Source: Paraspadella gotoi
Taxonomy: Eukaryota > Animalia > Chaetognatha
NCBI GenBank assembly: GCA_051294375.1
Contig: CM119268.1
Coordinates: 19,150,318-19,214,317, forward strand
DNA: 64,000 nucleotides
Reading direction: 5' to 3'
The position numbers were made by a program, and so were the translations under genes. Position 1 is the first letter of the stretch. Every line of letters begins with the position of its first letter. The notes below the pieces were generated by a model. That model did no database searches. It was not told the origin of the DNA and was given only the letters and a program-made list of their open reading frames with translations. This document shows positions 14,257 through 26,518 of the stretch, piece after piece.

Positions 14257-17200
14257 TTTTCTATCTTTCTTTCTTTCTTTCTTTCTTTTTTTCCTTTTTT
14301 TCTTTCTTTTTTTCGTTCTTCCTTTATTTCAATTTTTCCCAAGGATTAATGTTTTATTTTTCCCATTTTGTTTGGATCAACGTAAACGTCGAAGTTGACG
14401 CGAAAATTCCCGAGGCTCTCGTACAGTTTTGACAATGAGACTCATATCGAATTAAACAGAAACAAACGACGCTTCTTTCATAATTATTGGCGAGAAAATC
14501 CCGAATGAACTTTTTTCGTTGATCTAAAACTAAAACGTCGTTAAGGTTTTTCTTACGGTTAAAAAAAATTAAAAAAGCGCGTCTTGATTATATTATATTT
14601 TTCCTTGAATTTCGTTAACGATACAAAATTACACTGAACAAAAACGGAAATTTCGTAGTACTTTCTTTTTCTCTTGGCTGTAAATTTTCACAAGATTTAT
14701 TTACGGACACTATTTTCCATAAACGCCACATTTCTGTTCCTGAATCTATGAACCTAATTTTAACCCAAATATTTAATCTTAATCTTTTATTAAATACTCA
14801 ACCCAATTCCTTATCCTGATCCTTAACCCTAATTAGTAGTAACTGTAATTAGTAATAAATAACCCGAATCTAATCCCAAACGTTGATCTCTAATCTACTC
14901 TCTCTAAACCGATTCTCTGATTCCTAACCCTAACCCTAACCCTACCTTTAATCCTTATCCAAATCTAAACCCAAATCCTTTCCTTTATCTTTAAACCAAC
15001 TGACTTTATTCTCAATTTAAGTTGAAATTGGTCACTTTTAGAAAATATGGCCGATTAACGATCTGACGAAACTATATTATACTATACTATACTTTATTAT
15101 ACTATACTATACTATACTAGTAAATTTTGATAGAACTTGGCTGCTATTATCCCACGCAAACAATGTCGGATCTGCCCACGATCATTACCGGTAATTAATT
15201 AATTAATTAATACAAACTATATAAACTAAAATAATAATTTAATTAATAAATTAAATAATTTGATCCGAAATATTTGTTTTTAGGTCTTTTTGTCTCTGAC
15301 CATGACAAAAGCAATAATTAATTGATTTATAAATAAATTGATTGATTGAACAATTAATTATTAGATAACTAAATAAATTGATTGATTAAAAATTAAATGA
15401 TTAATTGACCGATCAATTAATTATTTATTAATTAATTTATTAACTAATTAATTATTTGATTAATTAATACATCTTGCATTTACATTTAATATAAAAGAAA
15501 AAGAAGCATAATCAATTAGTGAAACAGGTTTTTGTTTTTTCCATTTAAACTCCTTTCCATTCTGACGATTCCATCGAAACTTAATTTCCAGCTAAATCAC
15601 ACACTTTCCTACCCACATACAAAATTTCAAGTCCACTTATGAGTAATTGGCATTCAAATAGTGAAATAAATTTTTTTTCCATTTAAACTCATTTCCACTT
15701 GCACGATTCTATTGAAACTTTATATCCAACTCAATCACACACTTTCCTACCCACACACAAAATTTCATTCCTATCCATCCATCCAATCACTAGTAATTTG
15801 AGTTTAATGCTAAGGGGGGACGGATGGACGGACGGACGGACGGACGGACAGACGGACAAGCAAACAGACACACAGACAGACAGACGGTCATCATTTTTTT
15901 GCATAATTTATTATAATTTGATGTCCTGACATGATTTAGGTTAATGGACCGACGGACCGAGAATGTGTATTATAGAGTCGGAACCTGCTGATCAACAGAT
16001 CCGACTAAAAAAAATGTTATCAATCAATTTGCGAATTTATTCGACATTTTTGTTTCCGTCGTCATCCGTTTGCTTCCTTTTCTTCGTCCGGCAGATTCCG
16101 GCATAAACGTCGAAGGATCGCCGGAACCGATGGCGGATTCACCGAGACAAAACGGACGACGAATGTCGACGGATGAAAAGGAGAAGATGATCTCAGATGC
16201 GGAGAAGGTGGGGAGAAGGGATTGGATGTTATTGGATGAAATTTGATGAGATGAAAATAAATGGGATGACATTTGATGAGTTGGGATGAGATGGGATGAA
16301 ATTGATTAAGATGGCGTGAGATCTGATGAGATGGGAATAGCTGCGATGAGATTTAATAATATGGAAATAAGTGGGATGAGATTAGATGCGAGGGGAGGAA
16401 ATGGGTTTCGATTTGATGAGGTGGGAAAAGCTTGAAAAATATTTAAAGAGATGGGAAGAGATGGCATGAGTTTTGCTGAGATGGGAGTGAAATGGATTGA
16501 TTGACAATTAACTGCTTATAATTTTATCGTTATGATTGGTTGATTGATGAATTATAAATTGATCGCTTGATTGTTGATTGATTGATCGCTTGATAAATAA
16601 ATCTTATTAAATATTGCCCATTCCCCCTCTTACCTCTTCCCCCCTTTCAAAACGTCAGGAGCGTCAGGAGTTCATCCGGTCCCAAATCGTCCGCCGCCGA
16701 CGCAGCGACGTCCTGCCGTACACGCAGCCGCTCCCGACGGAGGATCGACTCGTCGCCGAGAAGCAGAGATCGACCGCGGCGATGAAGGCGGAGCACCGGA
16801 AGTACAGCCTCGCCTCAAAGAAGAATCTTTGGGAGAAGATTGTGGAGGAAGAGGCGGAGAAGGCGAAACAGGTATATAAAATTTGGTTCAGCCAAATGTA
16901 AAAATTGTTTATTCATTGCTATGTTGCCCCTAACATTTGACGGGCTATGGAGGGCTAAGGCTTTTGATCAAGACTCTCTCACTGTTAACTTCATTTACTC
17001 CTGGGGTACAATTAGCCTGATGATTCAGGAAGCCATAGGAAATCCTTAAATCCTTAAGTGCATTGTCATTAAAATGCGATACTCTATAATAAGGTTTGCA
17101 AAAATCCATACAACGAAAATCAGAATGTCATAATTACAATAAAAAACTTAAGGCAATAAATATTGTTTATTTTGGCAACGGCAAACTTTTACCCCGTGAG

Positions 17201-20190
17201 CCAAATCCGATGATACGACAGAAAAATTAATTGTACGTAAACTATACGCATATAAGAAAAATTTATAGCACCAATTGAAAGAAAAATCATTGACGTTTTT
17301 AAAAAGTTCAAAACATTGCTTAAAAACGCTTTAAAACATTCTCAAAATGTACAAAAAAGCTCAGCATCGCTAGAAAAAATTCTTCTTCATGGAGCAAAAA
17401 ACCTTGTCCAAAAGCAGCTCTAATCTTTTACCATTACAAAAGTCGAATGCTCATAACAACTTTAGTTTCTGCTTACATACCTTTCTAGTTCTAAATCACC
17501 AAAAGAAAAAAAATAAGATTTTACAGTTTGGAACCTCAGGATAGCGAAGGAATATTCCCTCTTCTCAAACTGATTTTTCTTGAAATATAATGGAAAAAAC
17601 TTTTATGCAGCAGATGCTGTGATTCACTGGTCACTTTTTTCAAGCTTAAACTACCAATTTTTAAAATTGTCTTGCCATAAGCACTCCCTCTTTCTTTAGT
17701 TTTTCAATATAAGACAAGCTAATTATAGGCAGTGAATAGACATCTTCGTCTTGCCAATAATCTTTTGGCACAAAAAAGCAGTCTTGGAAATTGCTTAGTC
17801 CGCCAGTGAGAATTATTTGAATAAAAGCTGGAGCATCATTCTCTCAGGAACCAAGGGTTATGGACTTAATAGTGGGCAAAAAAACCCAATATATCTGTAA
17901 CACTGCCTTAAAAACTTAATACAAAATTATTCATTGCACTCGATTTTTAACAAATACGATTCGCTGGAATAGGAATAGCTGGATAACTAAATAATAATCT
18001 TAAGGTTCTGGTGGTCCTATCACCACAGATGGATTAAAGCTGTTCCTTTCGCATCGCCTCAGTGGCTCAGTGGACTAATGCACCATCCCAATGGTTCAAG
18101 CCCTGAGGTTGTCATGTAGAAAGTGGGATGGACCGGGTAACCCGCCTGTAGGCAAGGGCCTACTGCCAGATCCAAAGCTCTGGACTACATGTACATGCTG
18201 TCTCGCTGTCGCCACGAGTTGACACCGCTGCGGGTGGGGCGCCCTGTAAAACCAGCCTCTTCAAGGTTATTAAAACATACGATGAAGCTTTTACACGGGT
18301 TTCAAATGGGAGTAAAATAAAATGATCAAATACTGAGGCTAAATTATCTGATATAGCAACTTCAGATTTTGCACCCTGGTAAAAGAATTGCTGACATTTT
18401 TTATTTTCCAACTCCCAGTAATGCAGCTTGCTTAGTTTCTTAGTTATGTGCTCATCAATGGCATAACTCATAATTCACAACCACAATAATAGCCTTTTTC
18501 ATTTTACAATTTTTCTAGTTAAAAAAACCCGTGTTGATAAAAGTCGATTTTCCCATTTGGTTTTGGAACACTCAAGTTTAAAAAGCCATATCTCCTAAAC
18601 ACATTGATTCCTTTTTTAAAATATATTTATTTTTTTAATATAATTTTTAAAAATGTTTTTTTAACAGCGTTTGGAATTTAAAGTTATAAAGTTTGATTTC
18701 TTTTGCAAGACTTCTTTAGTGACAAATTACTTTGAAAAAAAAATGATATGTGATAGGTTAGAACTTCAGAACAACTGTATTACACCCCTCTGCTTAACTT
18801 TAATTCTTTTGGTAAAAAAAATTGATGCAGTTAATTGTGTGTTGTATTGATTACTATATTTTTTGAAACTACTCATGTTTTAAAAGGAAAACAAATCCTA
18901 CTGTTAGCCACAGCTGCTTTTCATATTTTCCCAGGTTTAACTTGCCAATTATGATCACGGATCTGCATCTTCTCAACAATCATTTTAGCCCCGATTTTGA
19001 TGCCTTAATGTTGTTAAGCTAAGCTGCTTAAATTGCTTGCCCAAAGGATTGAGAATGAATCTCTTATAAACCAACTGCCCTCCTAGACCTTGTAGAGGTC
19101 AATAAAACTGAAAATATTTAAACTGTAATCTTGGATACTGAATTAAAAATTATTCATGCGATGAGCCATCAATTTGACGACTTTGACATCTTCGCAAAAA
19201 AAAATTATTTCAATTGTTAATAAAGATCACTTTAAATAAAATTTTAACATATACAAAAAACCGTTTACGGTTTCGAGCAGAAACCCATTTTCCTTCTATA
19301 GAAAAACAGTTACGTTTATGTCGATGCAGTAAACCATGGCAATGATTTCTTTCGTGTCTCTGGATTTGGCTCACGGGTAGTAAATATAAAAATATAAAAC
19401 TAAGTTAAGTTTCATCCCTTTTCTCTCCGTGACAGACCTACCGACCGACCACTAAGAAAACGCCCGGCATTACCCGCACAATGTCTTGGCAGCCGGTCTC
19501 TGCCCCTCCGCCTTCCAATTCCGCCTCGGCACCAACTCCAGCCGCCCGCATCAACCACCCGGCCCCTTCGCCTCGCCAACAACATCAACCGCAGCCTCAG
19601 CAAAAACAACAACAGCAGCCGCAGCCCATTAATCGCCTGACGCAGAACCCGGCGGCGCAGAGGTTCCGCCGCCTTGACAAGAGCGACTCGGTGGCGGGCG
19701 CTCCGACGGGATTTCAGTATCGAGAGAGAGAGAGCGCGACGGAGAGGATCAAGCGGGAGATTGAGGAGCAGAGGGAGAGAGAGGAGGAGTTGAGGAAGTT
19801 GGGGAGGATAGAGGGAGGAAGGAGAGGATCGGTGGAGGAAGCGCCTCTGGTGAGCGTTTCGCGATGCATGAGTAAAGAGGAGAAGAAGATGAAGAGGGAA
19901 GAGGCGAGAAGAAAAGGGGGGGGGGGAGTGGGAAACCGGAGGGGAAGGGGGGGGGGAAAAGGAGGAGTATTAAACCCGGGGGGGACCCGGGGGTTTTTTT
20001 CGTTTAGTTTTTTTTCTTTGGTGTTAATCTAGTTGTATTTACTTTATCATACATATACTGTATAAATACTACGGTTTTGTTTGTGCGTTTCGTTTGACTG
20101 CGTTTACAAGTTTTGAATCTTGAAATTTTTTTTTTTTTCAGTCCCTTTTCATCTTTCTTTTTCTTTCTTTCTGCATCTTTCCAGGTCTAA
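7998..20190 (+). CDS. PALM2-AKAP2/MISP-like low-complexity coiled-coil protein (multi-exon)
   Basis: Phase-consistent exons 7998-9136, 9626-9841, 16095-16207, 16659-16871, 19436-19849 and a putative terminal 20185-20190 (GTC TAA). Motifs AEKERQEFIRSQIVRR and IKREIEEQREREEELRK resemble AKAP2/MISP motifs (ERRELIRSQAVKK; EEIRAAQEREEELKR) as recalled. The N-terminal half is Glu-rich. Confidence 0.55.
8430..8615 (+). repeat. Coding 21-bp tandem repeat (ET[K/R/N]EQSI heptapeptide)
   Basis: Repeated gaaacgaacgaacaatcgatc-like units within ORF 7995..9143. Confidence 0.8.
10333..10955. mobile_element. AT-rich MITE-like element (family shared with 30217-30838 and 61886-62519)
   Basis: Termini resemble (ta)cattagggtgaagtga ... 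tcacatcactcta. Internal segment cagattcagattcc..aaaagttaatagaagaaaatata is shared with the other copies. Confidence 0.5.
11440..11673 (-). mobile_element. Solo LTR, tRNA-containing TRIM family 1
   Basis: Near-identical to the LTRs of 60167-60799. Flanked by the 4-bp TSD ATCT (11436-11439 and 11674-11677). Confidence 0.85.
12720..14160 (+). mobile_element. DINE-1/HINE-like non-autonomous Helentron, family H1, with central 18-bp tandem array
   Basis: (GTCY)n microsatellite near the 5' end, duplicated core blocks, 3' subterminal repeat gcagatccgac and terminus aaacttgtt. Array (gaaaaaattatgcaagtt)n at ~13760-13970. Confidence 0.75.
14161..14325. repeat. (TCTT)n microsatellite abutting the 3' end of the H1 element
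   Basis: Direct reading. Confidence 0.9.
14923..14946. repeat. Short interstitial telomeric repeat (CCCTAA)~3-4 within a degenerate hexamer zone
   Basis: cctaaccctaaccctaaccctacc; degenerate aaccc/aatcct hexamers across ~14750-14990. Confidence 0.6.
15158..16007 (-). mobile_element. HINE-like family H1 copy
   Basis: Reverse complement of the same termini: aaacaatgtcggatctgc ... gagtcggaacctgctgatcaacagatccgact, with (GGAC)n. Confidence 0.75.
18007..18263 (+). mobile_element. Solo LTR, tRNA-containing TRIM family 3 (diverged relative of family 1)
   Basis: 4-bp TSD AGGT (18003-18006 and 18264-18267). 5' hairpin ggtgg..caccac, A-box TGGCTCAGTGG, B-box GGTTCAAGCCC. Body aacccgcctgta..ccaaagctc and 3' end ctcttca are shared with family 1. 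Confidence 0.7.
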
Positions 20191-21154
20191 AGTGTAATTT
20201 AAAAAAAAACATTTGATATAAATTGCTAAAAATGATAATTGCTCGATTTTGTTTTTTTCTTCTGAAACGAATATCGTTTTTGCATGAAGTTGAACATTAA
20301 AGAGTTTTCGTCCTACCGAATCTCTTTTGTAACGTGTAAATATATATTCTTTTTAATTATTTGTAATTCTATCCTCGCGTTAAAACAAACTGTTAATCAT
20401 TGATTGTGCCATTTAAAAAGAAATACAAAATAATTTAAGTTTCAGATCTTTTGTTTTTACTCAATCGAGATTAACTTTAAGCCCGAGAGGTGTCCGAGGT
20501 TTGTTAGAAAAACGGGAAATAAAAGTACATAGAAAAGTCCATTGAAAAGTTAATTGTTTTATAAAATTTTCATTTTATTTCAAAAGAATAGTATTTGAAA
20601 AAAAATGCCAGACAACTCATTGCTATTGAGTACTACTCCTCGCTTAGATGAATAAACAAACGCGATTAATGAGTGATGTTTTTATAAAACAATATCAATC
20701 ACGATGATACTTTACAAAAAAAATTCATACATCAAAAATATATTGCAATAATGTCGATCCTTGACGAGACGGAAAGCCGTTCCTCCCTGCCCATTCAGTT
20801 CTTAAAGATGGCAAGAAAAAGGTCAAAAGCTACAGCTTAAAGGTTAACGGTTAACCTAAATCGAAACTCAGGGCAAACGAATAAAAATAATAAAATTATT
20901 TCATTATTTATCGAAATTCACCCAATGTACTTTTTCCTCCATCTTTTCTTTCCTTTAATTCTTCATTTATCCCCCAAGATTCCCCCCTCCTCGTTCCGAA
21001 ATAAAATTAAAATAAGTTCATTCTATTTTTAAACAAAATTACGATCCTCTTCCACAGTCCACTCAATCCTCTTTCATTCCCCACCGACCCACCACGCCCA
21101 AACCTCGGTCCCCCCTGCCTCCACCCCCTCATCCTCCTTCTTCCCCTTTCGTCT

Positions 21155-24100
21155 TCAAACGTCGTCTCTACACTGAAGCACCATCTTGCGAAACCGCGAG
21201 GCGTGAGCGGACGACGGTCGCGCCTCAGCGCCGATCGGCGGCGTCGGCGGCGGCGTCGGCGCCAGTAGAGCGTCCAGACCGGCGTCCGTCACCGGTTCTC
21301 CGCCATTCGCAGAAGCGACGCCACCGACGGCGCCGGCGCCTTGTTTAACCCGAACCTTGAGAGCTTCCACGGTGACGAGTTTGTGGGCGAAAGATAACGC
21401 CGATGCAGATGACGACACCGCCGCAGCCGCCGCGGCTCCCGGCGACGCCGCGTCGTCCTTCAGCGGCGACGAGTCTCTTATTCTCAGCCGATTGGTCGAC
21501 CCGAAAGGCTGCCGCGCCGCCGGGCCTCGTTCTGGCGTCGTGCCAACGACTTCGACGGGATGAACGGCGCGCAATGGCTTCGCGGTGTCGTTGGCGCCGC
21601 TTTTGACGCTCGACGACGCCGGTCGCGATTTGGGTCTCGTCGAGGAAGGTGGGCGTGGCAGGAAAGGTGAAGAGGCGATGGAAGAGGTGGAGGCGTCGAC
21701 GGAGGAGTTGGGGATGTTGGAGGAATTGGAGGAGGAAGAGGATGTGTGAGTTGATTTGGACGGAAGTGTTGATGAGACGGTGAGGAAAGGACGAGCTGAG
21801 GGTTTATCGCTGAGAAGTGTGGGGGAGAGGAGAAGGGAGAAGAGAGTCAGGAATTACGATTGTCGTTTTAAATGGCTTCGTGGCCTTTTGTTTGTTTTTT
21901 TGTTTGTTTGTTTGTTTTTCATGCTAAACTCAATAGACTTTTAAAACTCCTGCGATTAAATTATTCATTATTATTAATTTATGAATGTGCAATCTTGCAA
22001 ATTTATGTCTTTTTAAGTCACATGGGTAGGTGAAAACATTGGTTGTTTACCCGTTCCTTTTTATTTTTCGCCGGCTACTATAAAGGGCTATAAAAGCCAA
22101 TACACTACTCTAAATCACTCTTGTCTTTCTCTTACGTATTTTTAGTTTATTATTATTGTTTGAGATTAATTAATGTAGTCGGGCATTGCCTAGGTTCACC
22201 CCGCCTAGAATCATGTTGTGACCCGGTGGCTCATTGAATAAAGCCATCAGCTCATGACCACTAGGTACCGGGTTCAATCCCAACCCGGTACCAACCCTGC
22301 GGGAAGCGTGAGGACGGCCGTAAGCCGCTTTGGGGGCATGGCAAACCCTCAAGCCTGGTTCCAAGCCCAGGAACCCGTTCCATGGCTGCTAGAGGGGGTT
22401 ATAGAAGTTACGGATAGTCATCTTCAGCCCATGTAGCGCCTTATCCACATTAACGATGAACGAATAAGATTAGGAGTTGACTTAAAAATTAAACTTATTA
22501 AATAATTTTATATTGGTTGTACCAATTTCATAATAATATTAATAAGATATAAGATCGAGAAAACGCAACTTACCTTCCGTTTCCGAACGAAGTCTGTCGC
22601 TTCATCATAAACCCGGCGCCGCCCTCTCCTCCGAAGGCGTCGCCGGCGCCTTGCTCCAGCAGCTGTCGCTCCAGTTTGGTCCGCTGCTCCTTGAGATCAG
22701 TGAGGGTGGGTTCGTCGGCGACTCCAGCAGCCGAATCGGAGCGGAAGTCGGATTCCGACTCGAGACAAGACTGTTTGGATGTGAGTGGGTGGAGGAGCAG
22801 GATTGGAGGAGAAGGAGTGGAGGAGTGAGTGGGTGAGGAGGGTGAGAGAGTGGAGAGAGGAGGGGGTAAGGAGTGGAGGAGCAGGAGTGGAAGAGTGATT
22901 GGGTGAGGAGTGAGGGAGTGAGGAGTGGAGTCAAGGGAGTAGGTGTGAGGAGTGGAGGGAAGAAGAGTGGTGAGGAGGAGTTTGAGAGTGGAGGAGCAGG
23001 AATGGGTGAGGAGGGGGTGAGAAAAGACAGGGAGTTTAAAACAGAGTTAATACTTAATTTATTGAAATAAAAAATAGAAAGTAAGAAAAAAAGGGAGAGA
23101 GGAAATCGAGAAAAATACTTTATACATAGTTGTTATACTTGTTTTCATTAACGAATAAAATTTGAAAATAAACTTACAAAAAATTTATTAGCAGTCAATT
23201 TTTTCAAGTTCTATACACAAAATTTAAAGTTTCACATAACTTCACCATTTGTGCATCATTATAACTTTCAAACCGTTCGGCACTATTTTCTGAAAGGCGC
23301 AATTCCGGTTTCTTAATAAACTTAATTTTTATTTTATTATCTAATACTAATACTTAACAATATCCTCTAATCTTAAACCCAATCATATTCCATACCATAA
23401 CAATTATCCTAACTTAATTTCCATTTTAAGCTTAAACGGGGCGCTTTCGGGAAAATTACGGCGCCGATCTGTTCAAAACCTGCAAAAAATCGATATTCTT
23501 TGTAGAGATTTTTCGCCTCCGCTTCCAACGCGGATCTCAATCGATCATGATCTCGACGTAACCCGCCGTCGTCCGTCATTGTCATCGGTGTCGGCGTCAT
23601 TTTTGTCGCCGAACGCCATCGTCGCCCGATCCGGCGCCGAGAGTCCGACGTCATTTTTTACGGGGGCGTCAGCGGCGGCGTCGTCGGCGCCGATCTCGCA
23701 CGGCGCTCTCGACCGTCGCGTCCGCTGGACCGGTAGATGGACGGCGTTGTCTTGGCTTGGAGGTAGGAAGGAGGAGGAGGAAGAGGAGCCGGAGGTGGAT
23801 CGTCGAGCGCGTAGCGGGAGAACGTGCTTCGTCTGACGCGAGCGGAGGATCTGGGGAAGGGAGGGAGGGAGGTAGGAGAGGAGGAAGAAAGAAGAAGAGG
23901 GGGAGGAAAGTGTGGAGAAAGAGAATGAAGGAAGGCGGGTGTGAAAAGTTGAAGAAGGAAGAAGGAAGAGAAAAGAAGACGAAAACGTAAGTTGAATAAC
24001 TCGAAAATCATGATATTTTGGCGAATCGAATGATCACGAGTCACTGTGAAAATCGACAGTCGTCGTTTTCATCATGTCGTCGTCGTCGTCGACTGCCTAC

Positions 24101-25747
24101 TCCTTCCTCAATATTTTATATAAATGAAATATAAGGAATTAGAAGGCAGTCGATGTGGAGGACTGTGGCTTTTACAATTTATGGGACTCGCCGGTCATTT
24201 GAGTCCCCAAAGAATCTACAATAATCAGCCTTCAACTTCCTCAAAAGCTTTCCTTCTCTCCCATTTCCCCAACTGTATCCCTTCCTTTTCAGCCTTGGAT
24301 TGCCTGCCTTACCTTACTAATAATAACCTTACCTTTTTTATCACCCTTTTCCCTCTCCTTATTTGCCTTACCTGCTCCAACTGCCGCCCTTCCTTCTCAG
24401 CCTTGGATTGCAACGCCTCAACGTAAAACTGAATCTCCTTCTTGAGTCTGAATCTGACTTCGGCGGCTCCGGCAGCGGCCGCCCCGTCGTCGGCAGGAGT
24501 CAGCAGCAGCCGTGTCTCCTCGCGAAACTCGCGCAAATCTCCAAGAGGTTGTCACCTTGAGAAGTAGATTCGATTGGTTGGTTGGTTGGTTGATTGGTTG
24601 GTTAAATGATTTGATTGTTTGTTTGTCCGATTCATTGATTGATTTTTTCTTTAACCACTTTGCCTTCCGAGACGTTTGAATTAATGCAAAATGTATGTTT
24701 GTTTTTTTTATATAGAGATCTTGTAATGTTTTTCTCGATTAAAAAGAAAATATGGATGACCTTCAGACCCGAGTTTGGTAATTCTTAATTCCCAGCCCCA
24801 CTCAGTTTGGCTCTCATAGTTACGCTATTGTTTATATTCGTTTCATTTCTCCAACCCGAGTGAGTGCGTGAAAAATGTTATAATTGGATTTCGCAAAATT
24901 CTGAAACTCTACGAAATAAAAAAAATTATCTTCCACGAATGACCATGAAGGAATTCGTCGTCTCTAAATGTTGCGGATCAACTTTCGATCCCTACTCGAC
25001 GTCTCCCTTAACTGCAAATTCTGCGGCAGAGAAAAGATGCATTTCATTTGCAACGATTGCACGAATCTTTTGCGGAAACCAATCGGGAAATACGCAACGA
25101 AATCGCTGCCATGGAGAAAGTCATTTCCAAGTTGGAAAGTAAGGGATATGGAAATGGCGGTGGCAGCGGCGATGGCGGCAGCGGTGTCGGCGGCGGCGAT
25201 GGCGGCAGCGGCGGTGTCGGCAGCGGCGGTGGCGGACTGACGGCGTTTTGATAACTAATTTGATATGAGCCAAAAATCCTATCGTTTGTCACAATAAATT
25301 TTCAAAAAGAAGACGACTTTTTCCGAACAGTTCTCCCATCTGCGATCGTGATTTACAAACCAAACACAATATAAGTCATTTCAAACAATTTATCCCAGGT
25401 ATGTCTACAAAATCAGACTAGTCAATTCTGCAAAAGCTAGCTCTCTAATAACATCTCAGGGAGTTAAAGGTCATGTTACAAACAGATATATTGTTTTATA
25501 GATAAATTGATTTATTGATTTATTGATAGACTGATTGATTGATTGTCTTTTGTCTTCCACATACCTCCGCGTGCAACTCCACCGTCTGATCCACGAGGGA
25601 TTCCCCCAAAATCTCCCGCATGTAGATTCTCTCCAACGAAGTCTTCAAGTTCTTCTTCGTCACCGCCCACACGGAGACGGGAGGCTCGTAGGGCGTGGCC
25701 CGCGACGACGACGAGGACCCGGGGCGAGGGTGCGGAGTGGACGACAT
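21155..25747 (-). CDS. CCDC24: Coiled-coil domain-containing protein 24-like (frameshifts in exons 2-3: sequencing error or pseudogene)
   Basis: Exons 25747-25565, 24555-24372, 23850-23480, 22770-22574 and 21809-21155. Motifs SVWAV..REILGESLVDQTVELHAE, RLKKEIQFYVEALQSKAEKEGR, DRLRSALEAE..FLQ and SCLE..EPTLTDLKEQRTKLE match the CCDC24 domain as recalled. Confidence 0.7.
22174..22449 (+). mobile_element. Solo LTR, tRNA-containing TRIM family 2
   Basis: TGT...ACA termini and 4-bp TSD TTAA. Internal tRNA-like segment ~22220-22292 (A-box tggctcattga, CAT loop, B-box ggttcaatccc). Second full copy at 62683-62968. Confidence 0.8.
24938..25251 (+). pseudogene. Intronless frameshifted ORF: C-x2-C-x8-C-x2-C, coiled coil, Gly-rich tail; antisense in CCDC24 intron 1
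   Basis: Three overlapping ORFs join into MTMKEFVVSKCCGSTF / LDVSLNCKFCGREKMHFICNDC / HESFAETNREIRNEIAAMEKVISKLESKGYGNGGGSG...LTAF*. Confidence 0.45.
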
Positions 25748-25840
25748 GTTCGCGGGGTGAGTTGGCGTGATCTTTTGAAGGAGACGTCACGAAATGTGGA
25801 AGGGCGTGAAAATCATCGCGAAGAAAAGGAAGAGAAGGAA

Positions 25841-25882
<42 letters not shown>

Positions 25883-26518
25883 AGAAGACTAACGATTATT
25901 TTCAAAAATTGATATTCATCATTTCTTATTCAAAATTGAACATACAATTTATTAATTTGTTAGTTTTTGAAGAATTTGCGGTAAGCGATCTAGAAAAGAG
26001 AAAAATCTTTTACTGTCATTGAAAGAGTCGGGGTAACATCGGGAAAACAACGAGCTACAATGCAAGTCTCCTCACAAGACTTGACTTTCGATTAACAACA
26101 CATGTATGAAATATAAGCAAAACAATTACCAAGAGTTCAATCATCCATCACTTGCAATTGATAAAACGATTCAATAATATCCAATTTACACGTATTTAAC
26201 TATAAAAATGCGACTTATTATAGAGTAGCTCCACGAGGACAGACCGCGAAAAAATATAAGCCTACAGATGAGCGACTTAAAAAAATATTGGGAAAACGAA
26301 AGTTCAAATTATAAAGAAATTAAAATTGGTTAGAGTTGAAGTTTGTTGTTGTCGTTGTCGTCGTCTTTAAAGCAATCGTCCTTCAATTTATCGATGTTCT
26401 CACTTCTCACCTTCCCTTACTCCTCCTACTCCTTCTCCCTTCCTTTCCTCCTCCTCCTCTTTCTCCTCCGATTTCCACCTCCCCCATTTTTCACACCTCC
26501 CACACGCAAGGGCAGCAG

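Noticed and set aside
19850-20032. G-rich read-through extension of ORF 19481..20032
   Set aside because: A consensus donor at 19850 (gtgagc) followed by irregular homopolymer runs suggests intron or low-quality sequence.
22295-22335. Possible HDV-like ribozyme (GTCCTCAC on the minus strand) in the family-2 LTR
   Set aside because: I could not form P3/P1/P2 pairings by eye.
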